Shown here one piece after another: positions 49,846-61,725 of a stretch of DNA of 64,000 nucleotides. The notes beneath the pieces are model-generated. The model worked only from the letters and a program-made list of their open reading frames with translations, had not been told where the DNA came from and did not search any database. Position numbers and translations under genes: made by a program. This stretch comes from Octopus bimaculoides (Eukaryota). The stretch lies in the NCBI RefSeq assembly GCF_001194135.2, contig NC_068997.1:46286698-46350697 (forward strand), given 5' to 3'. Every line of letters starts with the position of its first letter. The stretch's first letter is position 1.

Positions 49846-52800
49846 AGGTGGCACTATGGTGTGGTACTAAGTTCTTTATTTATTATCTGGTTTCAGCACT
49901 TAATTGAAATTTCTCTTAATTTTACTAATCCCTTTAGGGAAAGTCCTGAGTATCACAGCAACTTTATGGTCTTTATAAGAAATACTCATTATTAAGCAGC
50001 AGAATGGTTAAATGTTTGTTGGATATCCTGCCATAAAGACCATGTGTTTATAATACCTTTGGAGATCTCTAATCTACGAAGTTAATGAAGAAACAACAAC
50101 AATGATGCTTCTTTTCCTTTTTTCATCTGATGACTTCATTATTTAATTATTGACATATTAACTCTTTTGAGACCAACCCTTGGTTCTATAATACAAACCT
50201 GCTGTTTTACAGTGATCTAAATTGAAATCTTCCATCAATATTTCATGCTAATTTATGTCTCAAACACCAGCTTAATAACGACAGTTATTTTAAATAATTT
50301 CTTTGATTTTCAAAGGCAGTGAATTTCAATGGAAATATGGTAACAAAAGGGTTGAGGTTACAAAAGTTAAGACAGGACACTTTATTACAAATGACCTTCT
50401 GCAAATTGCTGCTTCTGAGATTTGTATTTATAACTGAAATGTGTGAGAAATGCTAGTGTTTCTTTTCTGACATTTTTTGTCTTTCTCAGTCATTCCATGA
50501 GAGAGAGAGAGAGAGAGACCAAAAGATCAATTCTTCATTTGTGTATAACTTATCTACATATCTGCAATATATTTTGGACCAATCCATAAAAAGGTGGAAG
50601 CTTTTTTTTTTTTTTTTTATCCATAGAAAATATCTTTGTTCTTTCTCTGGTATGATTGCTTATCATAATTTAGTTTGCCCTCCCTTTTTTTGTCATGCTT
50701 ATTTCACCCTTTTTTCCAACATACATGAATCATAAGTCTGTGTGTATGTATGTCTGTTTATGTATATATAATTAACCTCATTGCTTTCTTTCCAGACTAT
50801 TTGTTAATAACTAGCTATTGTTTAGCTCTATGTGTCAGTGAAATTTAACAAAAAAAAATAGTTCTGAAAAAAAAAAAAATGGTTGTGTTAAAAAAAGAAA
50901 AATGATAGATTTGAAAGAGAACTGTAAATATATATTTTTGTGCATAAATTTCTTTATATATATGTATAGATATAAATATATATAGAATATATGTATGTAT
51001 GTATAACTAGACCTAATTGAAGACAATCTTTTTTGTAATCTATTGAGATTGTTAAGCTGAACACATTGTAAACCATATCCAAAATACACTCATATGATAT
51101 AGTCTCTATCATCTAATGGTATATGATAGCTACTGCCTCTTGCTGTTGGCTTGCTTGCCTTCTTGCTCTGAAGCCATTCATCTTGGTGTGAGCTAATGGT
51201 TGAAGAATGGTTGCAATGTTTTTTGCTGCCAACTTTTTTTTTTTTATCTTGGTTGGCCATAATTTACTTGCTCAAGTCTTCAAAAATTATTACTATTATT
51301 ATTAATAAATTGTCTTTTTTTTTAATTATTATGTATTTTATGTTTGATCTATTAATGACTCTTATACAAGGGTGGTGCTATTGTTGCGGTTAGTTTTTTT
51401 TTTCCCCCCTACCTTTGGAGTAACTGGAATGCTTTTACTCCTAAATTGTCCACTAAAATACCATTATGAACCATGATGCTGAAACACTGTCATCATCATA
51501 TGTCGGTTTTCCATGTTGGCATGGGTTGGACAGTTTTTCAGGAGCTGGCTAGCCGGAGAGCTGCCCATGGCTACAGTTGTTTGTTTTTGCATTTGCATCG
51601 TTTCTAGGGCTGAATGATCTTTCTAATACCAACCACTTTACAGAGTTTACTGGGTGTTTTCTCATGTCGCACTGGGCAAGAGTGCCTTTACATGGCACCA
51701 GCACAGGTGCTTTTTGAAACAAAACAGGCTGTGCCAAAATGTCACCATCGAAACAGCTATGTCCAATCATTCTGGCTATGCTTACAGGTGTTGGTGACCA
51801 TAGATCTCCATACTTTCTTGTTACACACTCACCCAGTCACAACATATTGGACCAGTCTTTCTGAAGCCATTTGTCACCAACAGGAATATTTTTTTTCTAA
51901 ACTGAATGTTTAAATGATGATCTACAATATGAAAGAGAGAGAAAGATACTTAACTCTTAATAGCTCACTCATCTGTCACACAATATATAGAAAAGACTAT
52001 AACATAGGAAAATGGATATTTTCTGTATGAAGAACAAACTGATAACGTAATGTAATAAGCTGAAAAAGAATATTTTAATCAACTAAAATTACATCCATAA
52101 TGGTGGTTTTGGGTTCAGTCTTACTGTGTCACCTTGGGCAAATTCTGTTACTGTAGCCATGGGCTAATCAAATCCTTGTGAGTGGATTTGGCAGAGGGAA
52201 ACTGAAAGAACCCTGGTGTATGTGTACTTGAGATGGCACAGTTGTAAACAAGCACCACTTTCATACAAGCAGTGTCATTTATTTCTAATACTCTGCAAAA
52301 GCATATCTGGTTATGGGGAAATGTTTTCTTGTTTAGGGCTCCTGTCCTGACGTTCTGACTCCCTAAAATAATTGTTTCTAATGTAGGCAACATACCAGCA
52401 GTTTTGAGAAGAGTAAGTTGATTATATTAGTATTTAAATAGTACTTTATCTTAATGACCCTGGTAAGATGAAAGGCAAAGTTGATTTCAGCTAGATTTGA
52501 ACCCTGAATGTAAAGGACTGGAACATACACTGCAAGGCATTTTGTCTGACCCTCTATTCTACCCATGAACCATCTTTAACAATGATAATAATAATAATAC
52601 TTCTGTTCAAAATGAAAATAGATTAGAAATTATCCTTATACACCCATTTCTCCTGATCTGTTTAATAATGTACATAACAAAATTTCCTTATTTTAATTAT
52701 CATATTTTATCGTGTATAAGGAACCCCTTAATTTTTGGGGCTTAAAATTTAGAAAAAAGGTTTTGTACTATCCATGTACAAGAAACTCCAGTATTTTTTA

Positions 52801-54851
52801 ACCTAATTAAAAAAAACAAACTGTTCTTTATACATGTTAAAATACAGTATATACTCACACCTACCGAAGAAAAAAATTCTATGTAAAGACAAGGTAATCA
52901 CATGTATAAACTATTAGTTACCAGCACTTTGCAATATTAATATAGAAGTAACACTAACGATTTCCTCAGCTAGTAGTAGTTTCCATCCAATATGAGTTAC
53001 AGTTAAACTGGCCATTTCTTCAGCAACACCTCTACTTACCTGTCAACTGAGTGCAAGCATTGCACTTAAAACAATGAAAAATTTGATGTGTTCCTGAATT
53101 TCCTATCTCTTCTTATATTCCTATTTTTTTTTTGTCTTAATTATCACAAATTTTAACCTAGATGAAGTTTATATTTTTCTACTCAAAAGTTCCTTGTTTT
53201 GTTGTTTTTTTTTAATTATCACACATAAGAAGGAACTCTTGAGGAGCAAAATATCAACTTCATCTAAGTTTTTTTTATCCCTCTGTACTCCCAGACGGTG
53301 TGTGAGTTACAAACAGGAGAAATGTTCTCAATACATGTAAAGATTATTTTTAAAAAAATGCTGATTCATTCTGTCGTTGATCAGACACACACACACCCAG
53401 AGAGCAATGTTTGGAGTGCTATCGTTCAGATTTTATTAAGGAATAAAGCAAAAGGTTGCTGTGTGTAGGGTGGGAAAAGCAGCAGAAAGAGCCTCTTCCA
53501 GGTTATAGAGCAAGAGAGCGGAGTTAAGCAGGAAGCCAGGAGATGATGATGATGAGCAGTAATTTGGCCACCTCTGCAGAACCACCAACAAGAGGATGTT
53601 ACAGTTCATGATCGAAACACCCTATGATCGCTGGATACCGTCCGATGATATCAACTCCTTCTGGCCAAAGCTACATAAACCAAAGATGAATAAAAAAGAA
53701 GCACCTTCTTTTTAGATGTTATCAATGAATGGTACAATATTTGAACTTCAGTCTCCGTTCTTTTGGCAAAAGAAACTGTCACATTTAAAATTATCACAAT
53801 GTTAGGGGAGGAATAAAATTTTCTTCCAAACCTTAGAAAAGAAAGTTATCTCCCTTGCTCATACAATCGCCTAAGATTTAAAACGATCGCTATAGGACAG
53901 TTTTTCGCATAGGCGGAAACCTATATATATATACCCCTGGTTGAGTTTTTGCAACGTAAAACCTGCTACTACTCGTTTGGACATGAGCTCGCCTGGAAGC
54001 ATCTGACTGAGAAATACGAAATGCTCAGTAGGTAGTCGACATCCGTAGCTAATAAGTGCATACTGTCCTTCTCTTCCAGACTGAAAGCTTACCATAACGT
54101 TTAATTTAGATACAGTGAAATTTTAAGACTTCATTTTTTTAATGTATTAAGATGGTGGTTTGACATCAAGGACTATGGCAAAAAGGAAGGGTTATATTTA
54201 TGAATTTATACAATAATTCTAATTTTAGCGCAAGGCCAGCAGTTTTGAAGTACTTCACTGGTACTTCGTATCATCGACCCCAAAAGGAGGAAAGGCAAAG
54301 TTAACCTCGGCGGGATTGAACTCAGAACGTATAGAGCCGGAAGAAATGTTGCTAGGTATTTTGTCCGACAAGCTAACGATTCTGCAATTTCGCCGCCTTG
54401 CACAACATCAGGTGTAAACATAATTGTATGCATTAGATGTTCACTTTGCAGCCACGTTGACGTTGTTCTGCCTTCGATTCTACAGTGTGTCATGGCACCT
54501 AGAACAAGTGCTTTACCTTGTAGCTCCCCGTTGACCAATGTCTTGTGAGCGGAATCTCTTAGAGTGAAATACTGCTGAAATATTTAATCGGTGTCAAGCT
54601 GTTACCGTTTCTATCAAAGAAAAAGTAACCTATTCCTGATCTATCGAATGAATCAGTCTGGTTGACTAAAACCAATTAAAGGTGGTGCTTCTACATAGCC
54701 ACTGTTCGGCAATAAATATAAATATAAAGAAAAACAAAAACTATAAAGCGAAATATTTTTATCCCCTTGAATTTCTTTCAATTTGAAAGTGACGGGGAGA
54801 GAAAGACTGACTTATAGCGATGAGATCAATAATAACGTTAAAATATAAATA

Positions 54852-55195
54852 GGCGCAGGAGTGGCTGTGTGGTAAGTAGCTTGCTTACCAACCACATGGT
54901 CTTGGGTTCATTCCCAATGTGTGGCACCTTGGGCAAGTGTCTTCTACTATAGTCTCGAGCCGACCAAAGCCTTGAGTGGATTTGGTAGACGGAAAACTGA
55001 AAGAAGCCCGTCGTATATATGTGTGTCTGTGTTTGTCCCCCCACCATCGCTTGACCGATGCTGGTGTGTTTACGTCAAAAGAGACCGATAGAATAAGTAC
55101 TAGGCTTGCAAAGAATAAGTCCTGGGGTCGATTTGCTCGACTAAAGGCGGTGCTCCAGCATGGCCACAGTCACATGACTGAAACGAATAAAAGAG
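54852..55195 (+). mobile_element. SINE family A, CpG-retaining copy
   Basis: ggcgcaggagtggctgtgtgg ... ggcggtgctccagcatggcc. Confidence 0.92.
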
Positions 55196-56039
55196 ATATT
55201 TTTGCGCTTTGTGCACGAACCCTCTTCCCCTACTTTTGAACTTCAGTCTGTTTTTGACTTAGAAAAAGAAATTGTTAGAAAGTTCAGGGGAAAACGAAAT
55301 CGCTGAACTTTTCCATTAAAAATAATTAGGTGAAAGCTAACAGCAGTTACCTCCCTTCGTACAGTCATATCAGTTAAAGGGTTTCTCATCGGGCGAGAAA
55401 CTGAGGATTGCCAAATAGGCGGACCAATTGTATATATATGCTATATAAAATTAAGAGGATTTTAAAATTTTCCAACAGCTTCATGAAGGAAGTTATATTC
55501 ACGAACTTGTTTTCAATAATAAGGGCAGGCATACCTGTATGATGTTCAATTGGTAGCCACGTTATGCTAGGTCGGAGTTATGTTCCTTTATATCAAAACT
55601 TTCATTGGACTGCGGCCATGTTGGGCCACCATCTTCAAAGGTAAGTCAAACAAGTTGATACCAGTACTTATTTTTTGTTTTAAAGTCTAGCACTTATTTT
55701 ATTGGTCGTTTAGGTTGTAAACAAATCAGCACTGGTTGTTAAGTTGGGGTGTGGTACATATACACACACACATTCAATAAGACGGGTTTCTTTCAGTTTT
55801 CGTCTACAAAATTCACTCACAAAGTATTGGTTGACCCGGGACTATATAGGAGAAAACACTTGTCTAAGGTGCCACATAGTGGGACTGAACCCGAGACCAT
55901 GTAGTTGGCAAGCATTCTTCTACTTACCACAGGGCCATACTTGCGTCTAGATAGATTTAATAAAAACATTTAAAAAAACAAACAAAAGAGGAATCAGAAC
56001 TGTCAGTTTNNNNNNNNNNGGCCACCTCACTGGACTTCC

Positions 56040-56740
56040 AAGAAATTATTGAAGAGATAAGAGTTACCAGAAGTGAAGCTGCAAGTGGCGGTGGAGGAGG
56101 GAAGATCTTCCACCTGCTACCACTGCAAAAAGAGGGGACACAAAGCCAAGCTGCCCCCCTTTTAACAGCCAGACACCAATAAAGGAGAAGCAAGAAGAAA
56201 TTAACAAGATAGAGGAAAAGGTAATCTTCAAGTTTAGGGGGATAAAAAAATTTTAAAAAAATATTCAAGGGAAATAACTGAACGACTTATCCGTTTTCTT
56301 CTAGCTGTTTATAAATAAATCACACCCTAATCCTAACGTCAATCAAGTCACGTGTGCGATTTATTTATAAACAGAGATGTACGGATAATACTGGTAAGTC
56401 GTTCAGTTACTTCCCTTGAATATTTTTATTTATTTTTTTTATCCCCCTAAACTTGAAGATTACCGAGGAAAATATGGAAGAAGCAAAGGTGGAAAGCAGA
56501 AACGAAAGATTTCAATAAGTACAAATTAGAAAGAGGAAGGACACGAAAAATAGACCCCCCCCCCCACCGAAGAACCTGAACGAGAAGGAAATAAATAGCA
56601 TATAAGCACTTACACAGTCTACCACCTTGCTGCAAACACCCAAGAAAACCACAGCCATACACTAACAGACACACAAGCATCAAAGATCAGTCGTAAAAAT
56701 ACGGCGTATCTGATGAATTATGTGACAAGAATGGCCATTG
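56040..56740 (+). mobile_element. LINE ORF1 (Gag-like zinc knuckle) relic interrupted by MITE copy 1
   Basis: ELPEVKLQVAVEEGRSSTCYHCKKRGHKAK-CP gives CX2CX4HX4C after a small frameshift; the lysine/glutamate-rich sequence continues after the MITE TSD. Confidence 0.65.
56220..56464. mobile_element. Merlin-like palindromic MITE, copy 1 (245 bp)
   Basis: TIR GGTAATCTTCAAGTTTAGGGGGATAAAAAAA... of ~70 bp; exact 8-bp TSD GAGGAAAA at 56212-56219 and 56465-56472. Confidence 0.85.
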
Positions 56741-56901
56741 AATAAAAAAACAAAAAAACCTGCAAAAATCAAGTCAATACTCCAGGCCAGACCTATTCAA
56801 GCTAACCTTTCCATTAGACATATTCCATTCATGACTGTCGCATGTTTTCACACTAATTCTTAAACAACTAATAATATCAAATGTCTTTCTATATATATAT
56901 A

Positions 56902-57147
56902 GGTAATCTTCAAGTTTAGGGGGATAAAAAAATAAATAAAAATATTCAAGGGAAGTAACTGAACGTCTTACCAGTATTCTCCGTACATGTTTATAAATAA
57001 ATCACACACGTGATTTGATTGACGTTAGGGTTAGGATCAGGGTGTGATTTATTTATAAACAGCTAGAAGAAAACGGATAATACTGGTAAGTCATTCAGTT
57101 ATTTCCCTTGAATATTTTTATTTATTCCCCTAAACTTGAAGATTACC
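56902..57147. mobile_element. Merlin-like palindromic MITE, copy 2 (246 bp, inverted relative to copy 1)
   Basis: Same TIRs; internal segment is the reverse complement of copy 1; sits in a (TA)n tract (9-bp flanks ATATATATA match). Confidence 0.85.
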
Positions 57148-57569
57148 ATATATATATATATATATATGGTATTAAAGATTTGTTCAAATATGTAATTTGG
57201 TTGCTATTTTTAGCAGATGAAGAGACCATGTAAAGTAGTGGTTCTTAACCAGGGTCCATAAGTCTCCTGAAGATCCATATAAGATTTTATGGGGTCGATG
57301 CTATAAAATAATAAATTGGGGATACACAATATTTTAAGGTCGCCTGACAAAAATTTCCTTTAGATGGTAAGTATTGCAAAAAACACCTAGGTTTCTTATT
57401 CTACGAGTGAATGTGTGAAAAACAAAACAAGAATTTTGAAAGAAGTTTCAATAAAACTAGTTTTTAAACATCAAATGGCAATGGGGAGCGATCTTTCGAT
57501 ACTAGTCCACCGCAACTTCCGGTCGTTGCGCGCACGCATACTGATTACATGATCGTATAGTGTGTTTAT

Positions 57570-57680
57570 GTGTTTAAAGTTTCAGTTCGGATGGCACCTT
57601 ACTCGCACCTTGGCCACACGCTTGCCGCAGTACGAAGGCAAGAGCACCCATTCCTCTGTCCTTATTGCTTCCTCCTCCGT
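57570..57680 (-). mobile_element. Probable LINE ORF1 N-terminal fragment
   Basis: EEEAIRTEEWVLLPSYCGKRVAKVRV, recognised by resemblance only; not verified by search. Confidence 0.4.
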
Positions 57681-59496
57681 GTGTTTTACGTCCCCGTAAC
57701 TTAGCGGTTTCGCAAAAGAGACTTATAGAATAAGTACTAAACTTAAAAAGAATATGTCCTGGGAGTCAATTTGTTTGACTAAAACCTTTCAAGGCGGTGC
57801 CCCAGCATGGCCGCAGTCAGACGACTGAAACAAGTAAAAGATAAAAAGAGACGTGTAAGCATGTCGGTGTTTGTTCAGCTCCCCCACCGCACTCACTACA
57901 ACCGGTGCTATTTTGTTTACGTCCCTGTAATTTAGTGGTTTTGCAAAACCGAAAGAAAAGTACGAAATATACAAAACATAAATACTTGGGTTGATTCAAG
58001 AGAAGACCGAAGCTTGGTCGAAGTCCAGAAGACGAAGTAAAAAATTAAAGAAATATATGTATTTTTTCACGTTACATAAAGGTTCTATTTTTGAATACTT
58101 TCATATCATTATTAGTTTACGGTCATTTACGTTTTATCTTTACATTTTAATTTTTCCGTATTGTTGCATCGTAAAACAAGGTTTAACCACATTTTTTCAC
58201 ATCAGCAACACAATTGTTTACACCTATGAATAAATAAATAAATAAATGTCAAATTGATTTATATAGAATTACTATTTCAATCACTCCATTTTTTGCCAAA
58301 AAGAATGGGCAGAGTTAAAATACCTGTAAGTGGAGAAGATAACAACCAAAAAAATTGTTTTTACCTTTGTCTGTCCAAAGCATTCCATAAGTTCTGAGAA
58401 ATATAAAGCTTTTCTTTCATGTCTCCCATGCTACTTTGGTGGTTGAAAAAAAGAGGGGCAATGTGTGTCGTATATAATCCATGGACGGTAGGGAAATGTG
58501 CTCTCAATATCACATGTAAGATACACAGGACGAGTGAAGGGTTAACCGAAATTACGCTCGCAGTAATGAGAAAAATTATTAGCTTAATTGATTCATTCTG
58601 CTCAAGAAAGGGTGACAACTCCGAAATAAAATTTTAAAAAAATGAAAGAGGAGCGGGGTGAGTAGTGATGGAAAACGATGTTGGCAAGTATGCTAATTAA
58701 AATATAATAATGAAATTATTGTATTCAGTGCTCAGGTGCAGGATATGTTTCGGTATTATTGAACATCATCTAATTCACACTCCTGTTTCTTATCAATGGT
58801 GAATACAATTCCAAGATACCTCAATTTCTCCACTTCCTTTAGTGATGCAGAGTGCACTGAGAAGGCTTTCTAGGTAGGATCAATGCCCCAGTCTTGTTCC
58901 CCATCCCTGCTTTGCTCTTCTACCTACCAAAGGAAAACGAAAATTATGAATTTTAAATTCAAAAGAATGTCGCAATTTTGTTAGAAGTTCATTCAGCTTT
59001 TTGACATTTTTTTCTAAAAAATATATTTCCTTCCTAGTTAAAAAAATCAGATCAGCAACCAATGTTCACCTGGATTGCGATACTCTTTTAAAGCTAAAAT
59101 GAACAAACAGTGGTATATAAGGAATAAATAATAAATATTCACGTATCTTCTTTTTACTAGTTTCTGTCATTTGCTTGTGGCCATGCTGGGGCACTGCCTT
59201 GAAGGGTTTTAGTTGAACAAATCGATCCTAGGACTTGTTGCTTTTTGAAGCTTTGTACTTATTCTATCGGTCTCTTTGGCCAACCCCCTAAGTTATGGCG
59301 ATGTAAATACACCACCATCGGTTGTCAAGCAGTAGTGGGGGACAAACAGACACAGAGATATACATACATAGATATGTACATATAAAACTATCTATCTATC
59401 TATATATAGTTCAATCCATGCCAGCAAGGAATACAGGTATTAAGTGATGATGATAATATAATCTACTTACATTACCTATACAGCATCAATCTGTCA

Positions 59497-59527
<31 letters not shown>

Positions 59528-59639
59528 ATAATATATATATATACATCTATGTAAGTATGTACATATACGTATGTATATATGCATATATATATACTGTTTA
59601 TATTATTATATGATTGAATGCCATGCATCCTCTTCCAAG

Positions 59640-59674
<35 letters not shown>

Positions 59675-60201
59675 ATAAAAAGACTGAGACCTTTTGAAAT
59701 ATGCTGTGATTGAGAAGACCTGGCCCAGTTAAGAGTACCCCTGATGTGTTGTGTGATATGAAATGCTTGAGAAGACCTGTTGAATCAAGTAAAACCAATA
59801 TCGTAGCTGTGGCCAGTGTCCCCTGACTGGCTCTTGTGCTGGTGGCACGTAAAAAGCACCATCCAAACGTGGCCGATGTCAGTAACCCCTGACTGCTCCC
59901 CGTATATCTCTGTGTCTGTTTGTCCGAACGTGATTGATGCCAGGCCCACCTGACTGGCTTCTGTGCTGGTGGCATGTAAAAATCACCCACTACACTCTCG
60001 GAGCGGTTGGTGTTAGGAAGAGCATCCAGCTGTAGAAACATTGCTAGATCAGATTGCAGCCTGGTGCAGCCACTGGCTCTCCAGACCTCAGTCAAACCGT
60101 CCAAACCATGCCAGCATGGAAAACGGACTGATAATGATGATGTACAGAGAAACAAGCGTGCGTGCACGCGAATCAAACCTCACATTGGGTCAAGACCTTA
60201 A

Positions 60202-60730
60202 TGTACAGAGTGGCACATGAAAAAGTAGCCTAGTTCCGTAGTGTTGTATAAATACAGAAATAAATTTGTTTGCTCGTCATCCACTTTTAATTGTGCGTTT
60301 GCTAAACGATATGACTTCAACTTTAGACTTTCAACAACTATTGGCATAACCTCCAGCTTATGTGAGACTGCTGTGAATGTCCTGAATAACTTCTGGTGTT
60401 TGAACTGAAGGGTCTCTTTATTTTGGAGCCATGTGCACTGGCTTCATAGCACGCCGTTCCTTAACCAGCATTTGAATTTCATGCATTGGCTTAAGAGAGC
60501 CTGCTCTTACATACACTTCCACAATTTCCACTCTTCCTTCTATTGAGTACATCATCTTGCAGTAAAAGGCTAGAGATGTTCACTCAATGCAATCTTATAA
60601 TCAACCAATGTGGCAAGGATAATGTAGTAAGCAACTAATGCACCATCTTTGCTCAACAGTTACAAGCAGTCAAAACAACAGAATGACACTTGCAAATGAA
60701 AGGATGGTACTTTTTTCATGTGGGTAAATT
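60202..60730 (-). mobile_element. Possible internally deleted Tc1/mariner-like element
   Basis: Partial inverted ends (cacatgaaaaagtagcc / ggtacttttttcatgtg); minus-strand MYSIEGRVEIVEVYVRAGS resembles a transposase N-terminal HTH start. Confidence 0.4.
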
Positions 60731-60934
60731 TATTGGCTTATCTTCTTGTTTTTTGTTGCCACATCAGTCTATGCTGATTCACTTCATTAAAATTTGCAGT
60801 AGTAGACCAGTTTCTGTATGTTTTGCAGGTTAAGCCTCAAATATGTTTTATTACTTTTGGTGGGTTAGATGTGATCAGTGCCAATGTTAGAAAACCCATA
60901 AGGTATTTATATATATATATCTTCTTTTTTTTTT

Positions 60935-61115
60935 TACTTGTTTCAGTCATTTGACTGCAGCCATGCTAGAGCACCGCCTTTAGTCGAGCAAATCGACCCC
61001 AGGACTTATTCTTTATAAGCCTAGTACTTATTCTATCCGTCTCTTTTGCTGAACCACTAAGTTACGGGGACGTAAACACACTAGCATTGGTTCTCAAGCG
61101 ATGTTGGAGGGACAA

Positions 61116-61150
<35 letters not shown>

Positions 61151-61325
61151 CACATACATATATACGACAGGCTTCTTTCAATTTCTGTCTACCAAATCCA
61201 CTCACAAGGCTTTGGTCGGCCCGAGGCTATAGTAGAAGACACTTGCCCAAAGTGTCATGCAGTGGGACTGAACCCGGAACCATGTGGTTGGTAAGCAAGC
61301 TACTTACCACACACCCACTCCTGCA
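60935..61325 (-). mobile_element. SINE family A, reverse, near full length
   Basis: Same head and tail. Further partial copies at ~21694-21965, 34945-35480, 48745-48900, 52100-52215, 55610-55945, 57680-57850, 59145-59345. Confidence 0.9.
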
Positions 61326-61326
61326 C

Positions 61327-61361
<35 letters not shown>

Positions 61362-61388
61362 CATACATACACCTTAAGATGAGGATGA

Positions 61389-61426
<38 letters not shown>

Positions 61427-61479
61427 GGCTCTTTACATCTTGATAGATGGTCTAAGCAGTGGACAATGTTTTAATTAGG

Positions 61480-61725
61480 TACTTGTAGTCTTCGTCCTGC
61501 AGCTTCTGTCATGGCTGATCCTTCCTATGTTTGATGAGCAAGTTCTGCTGCAAAATCTGAAAGCTAGGAAGGTGCTGCAGAGCTGCAGTGTGTTGTCTTT
61601 CTTTCTTTGGGGATTTGTTTCAAGGGACAGGATACTTTCTTCCTTCAGCTGTTTGACCCCTTTGCTCGCTGAGGTTTTCCAGGCTGTTCTGCCTTCAGTT
61701 AACTTTTCCCAAGTGATTGCATAAC
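61480..61725 (-). mobile_element. RTE-clade LINE ORF2 3' end relic
   Basis: Minus strand reads WEKLTEGRTAWKTSASKGVKQL...FCSRTCSSNIGRISHDRSC, the C-terminal zinc-finger-like tail of RTE elements. Confidence 0.7.

Noticed and set aside
53871-54095. 74-aa minus-strand ORF in CpG-rich DNA
   Set aside because: No recognisable domain and no consistent splice or start context.
56325-56340. Interstitial telomere (ccctaa/ttaggg)
   Set aside because: Only about two imperfect units, and they are internal to the MITE.
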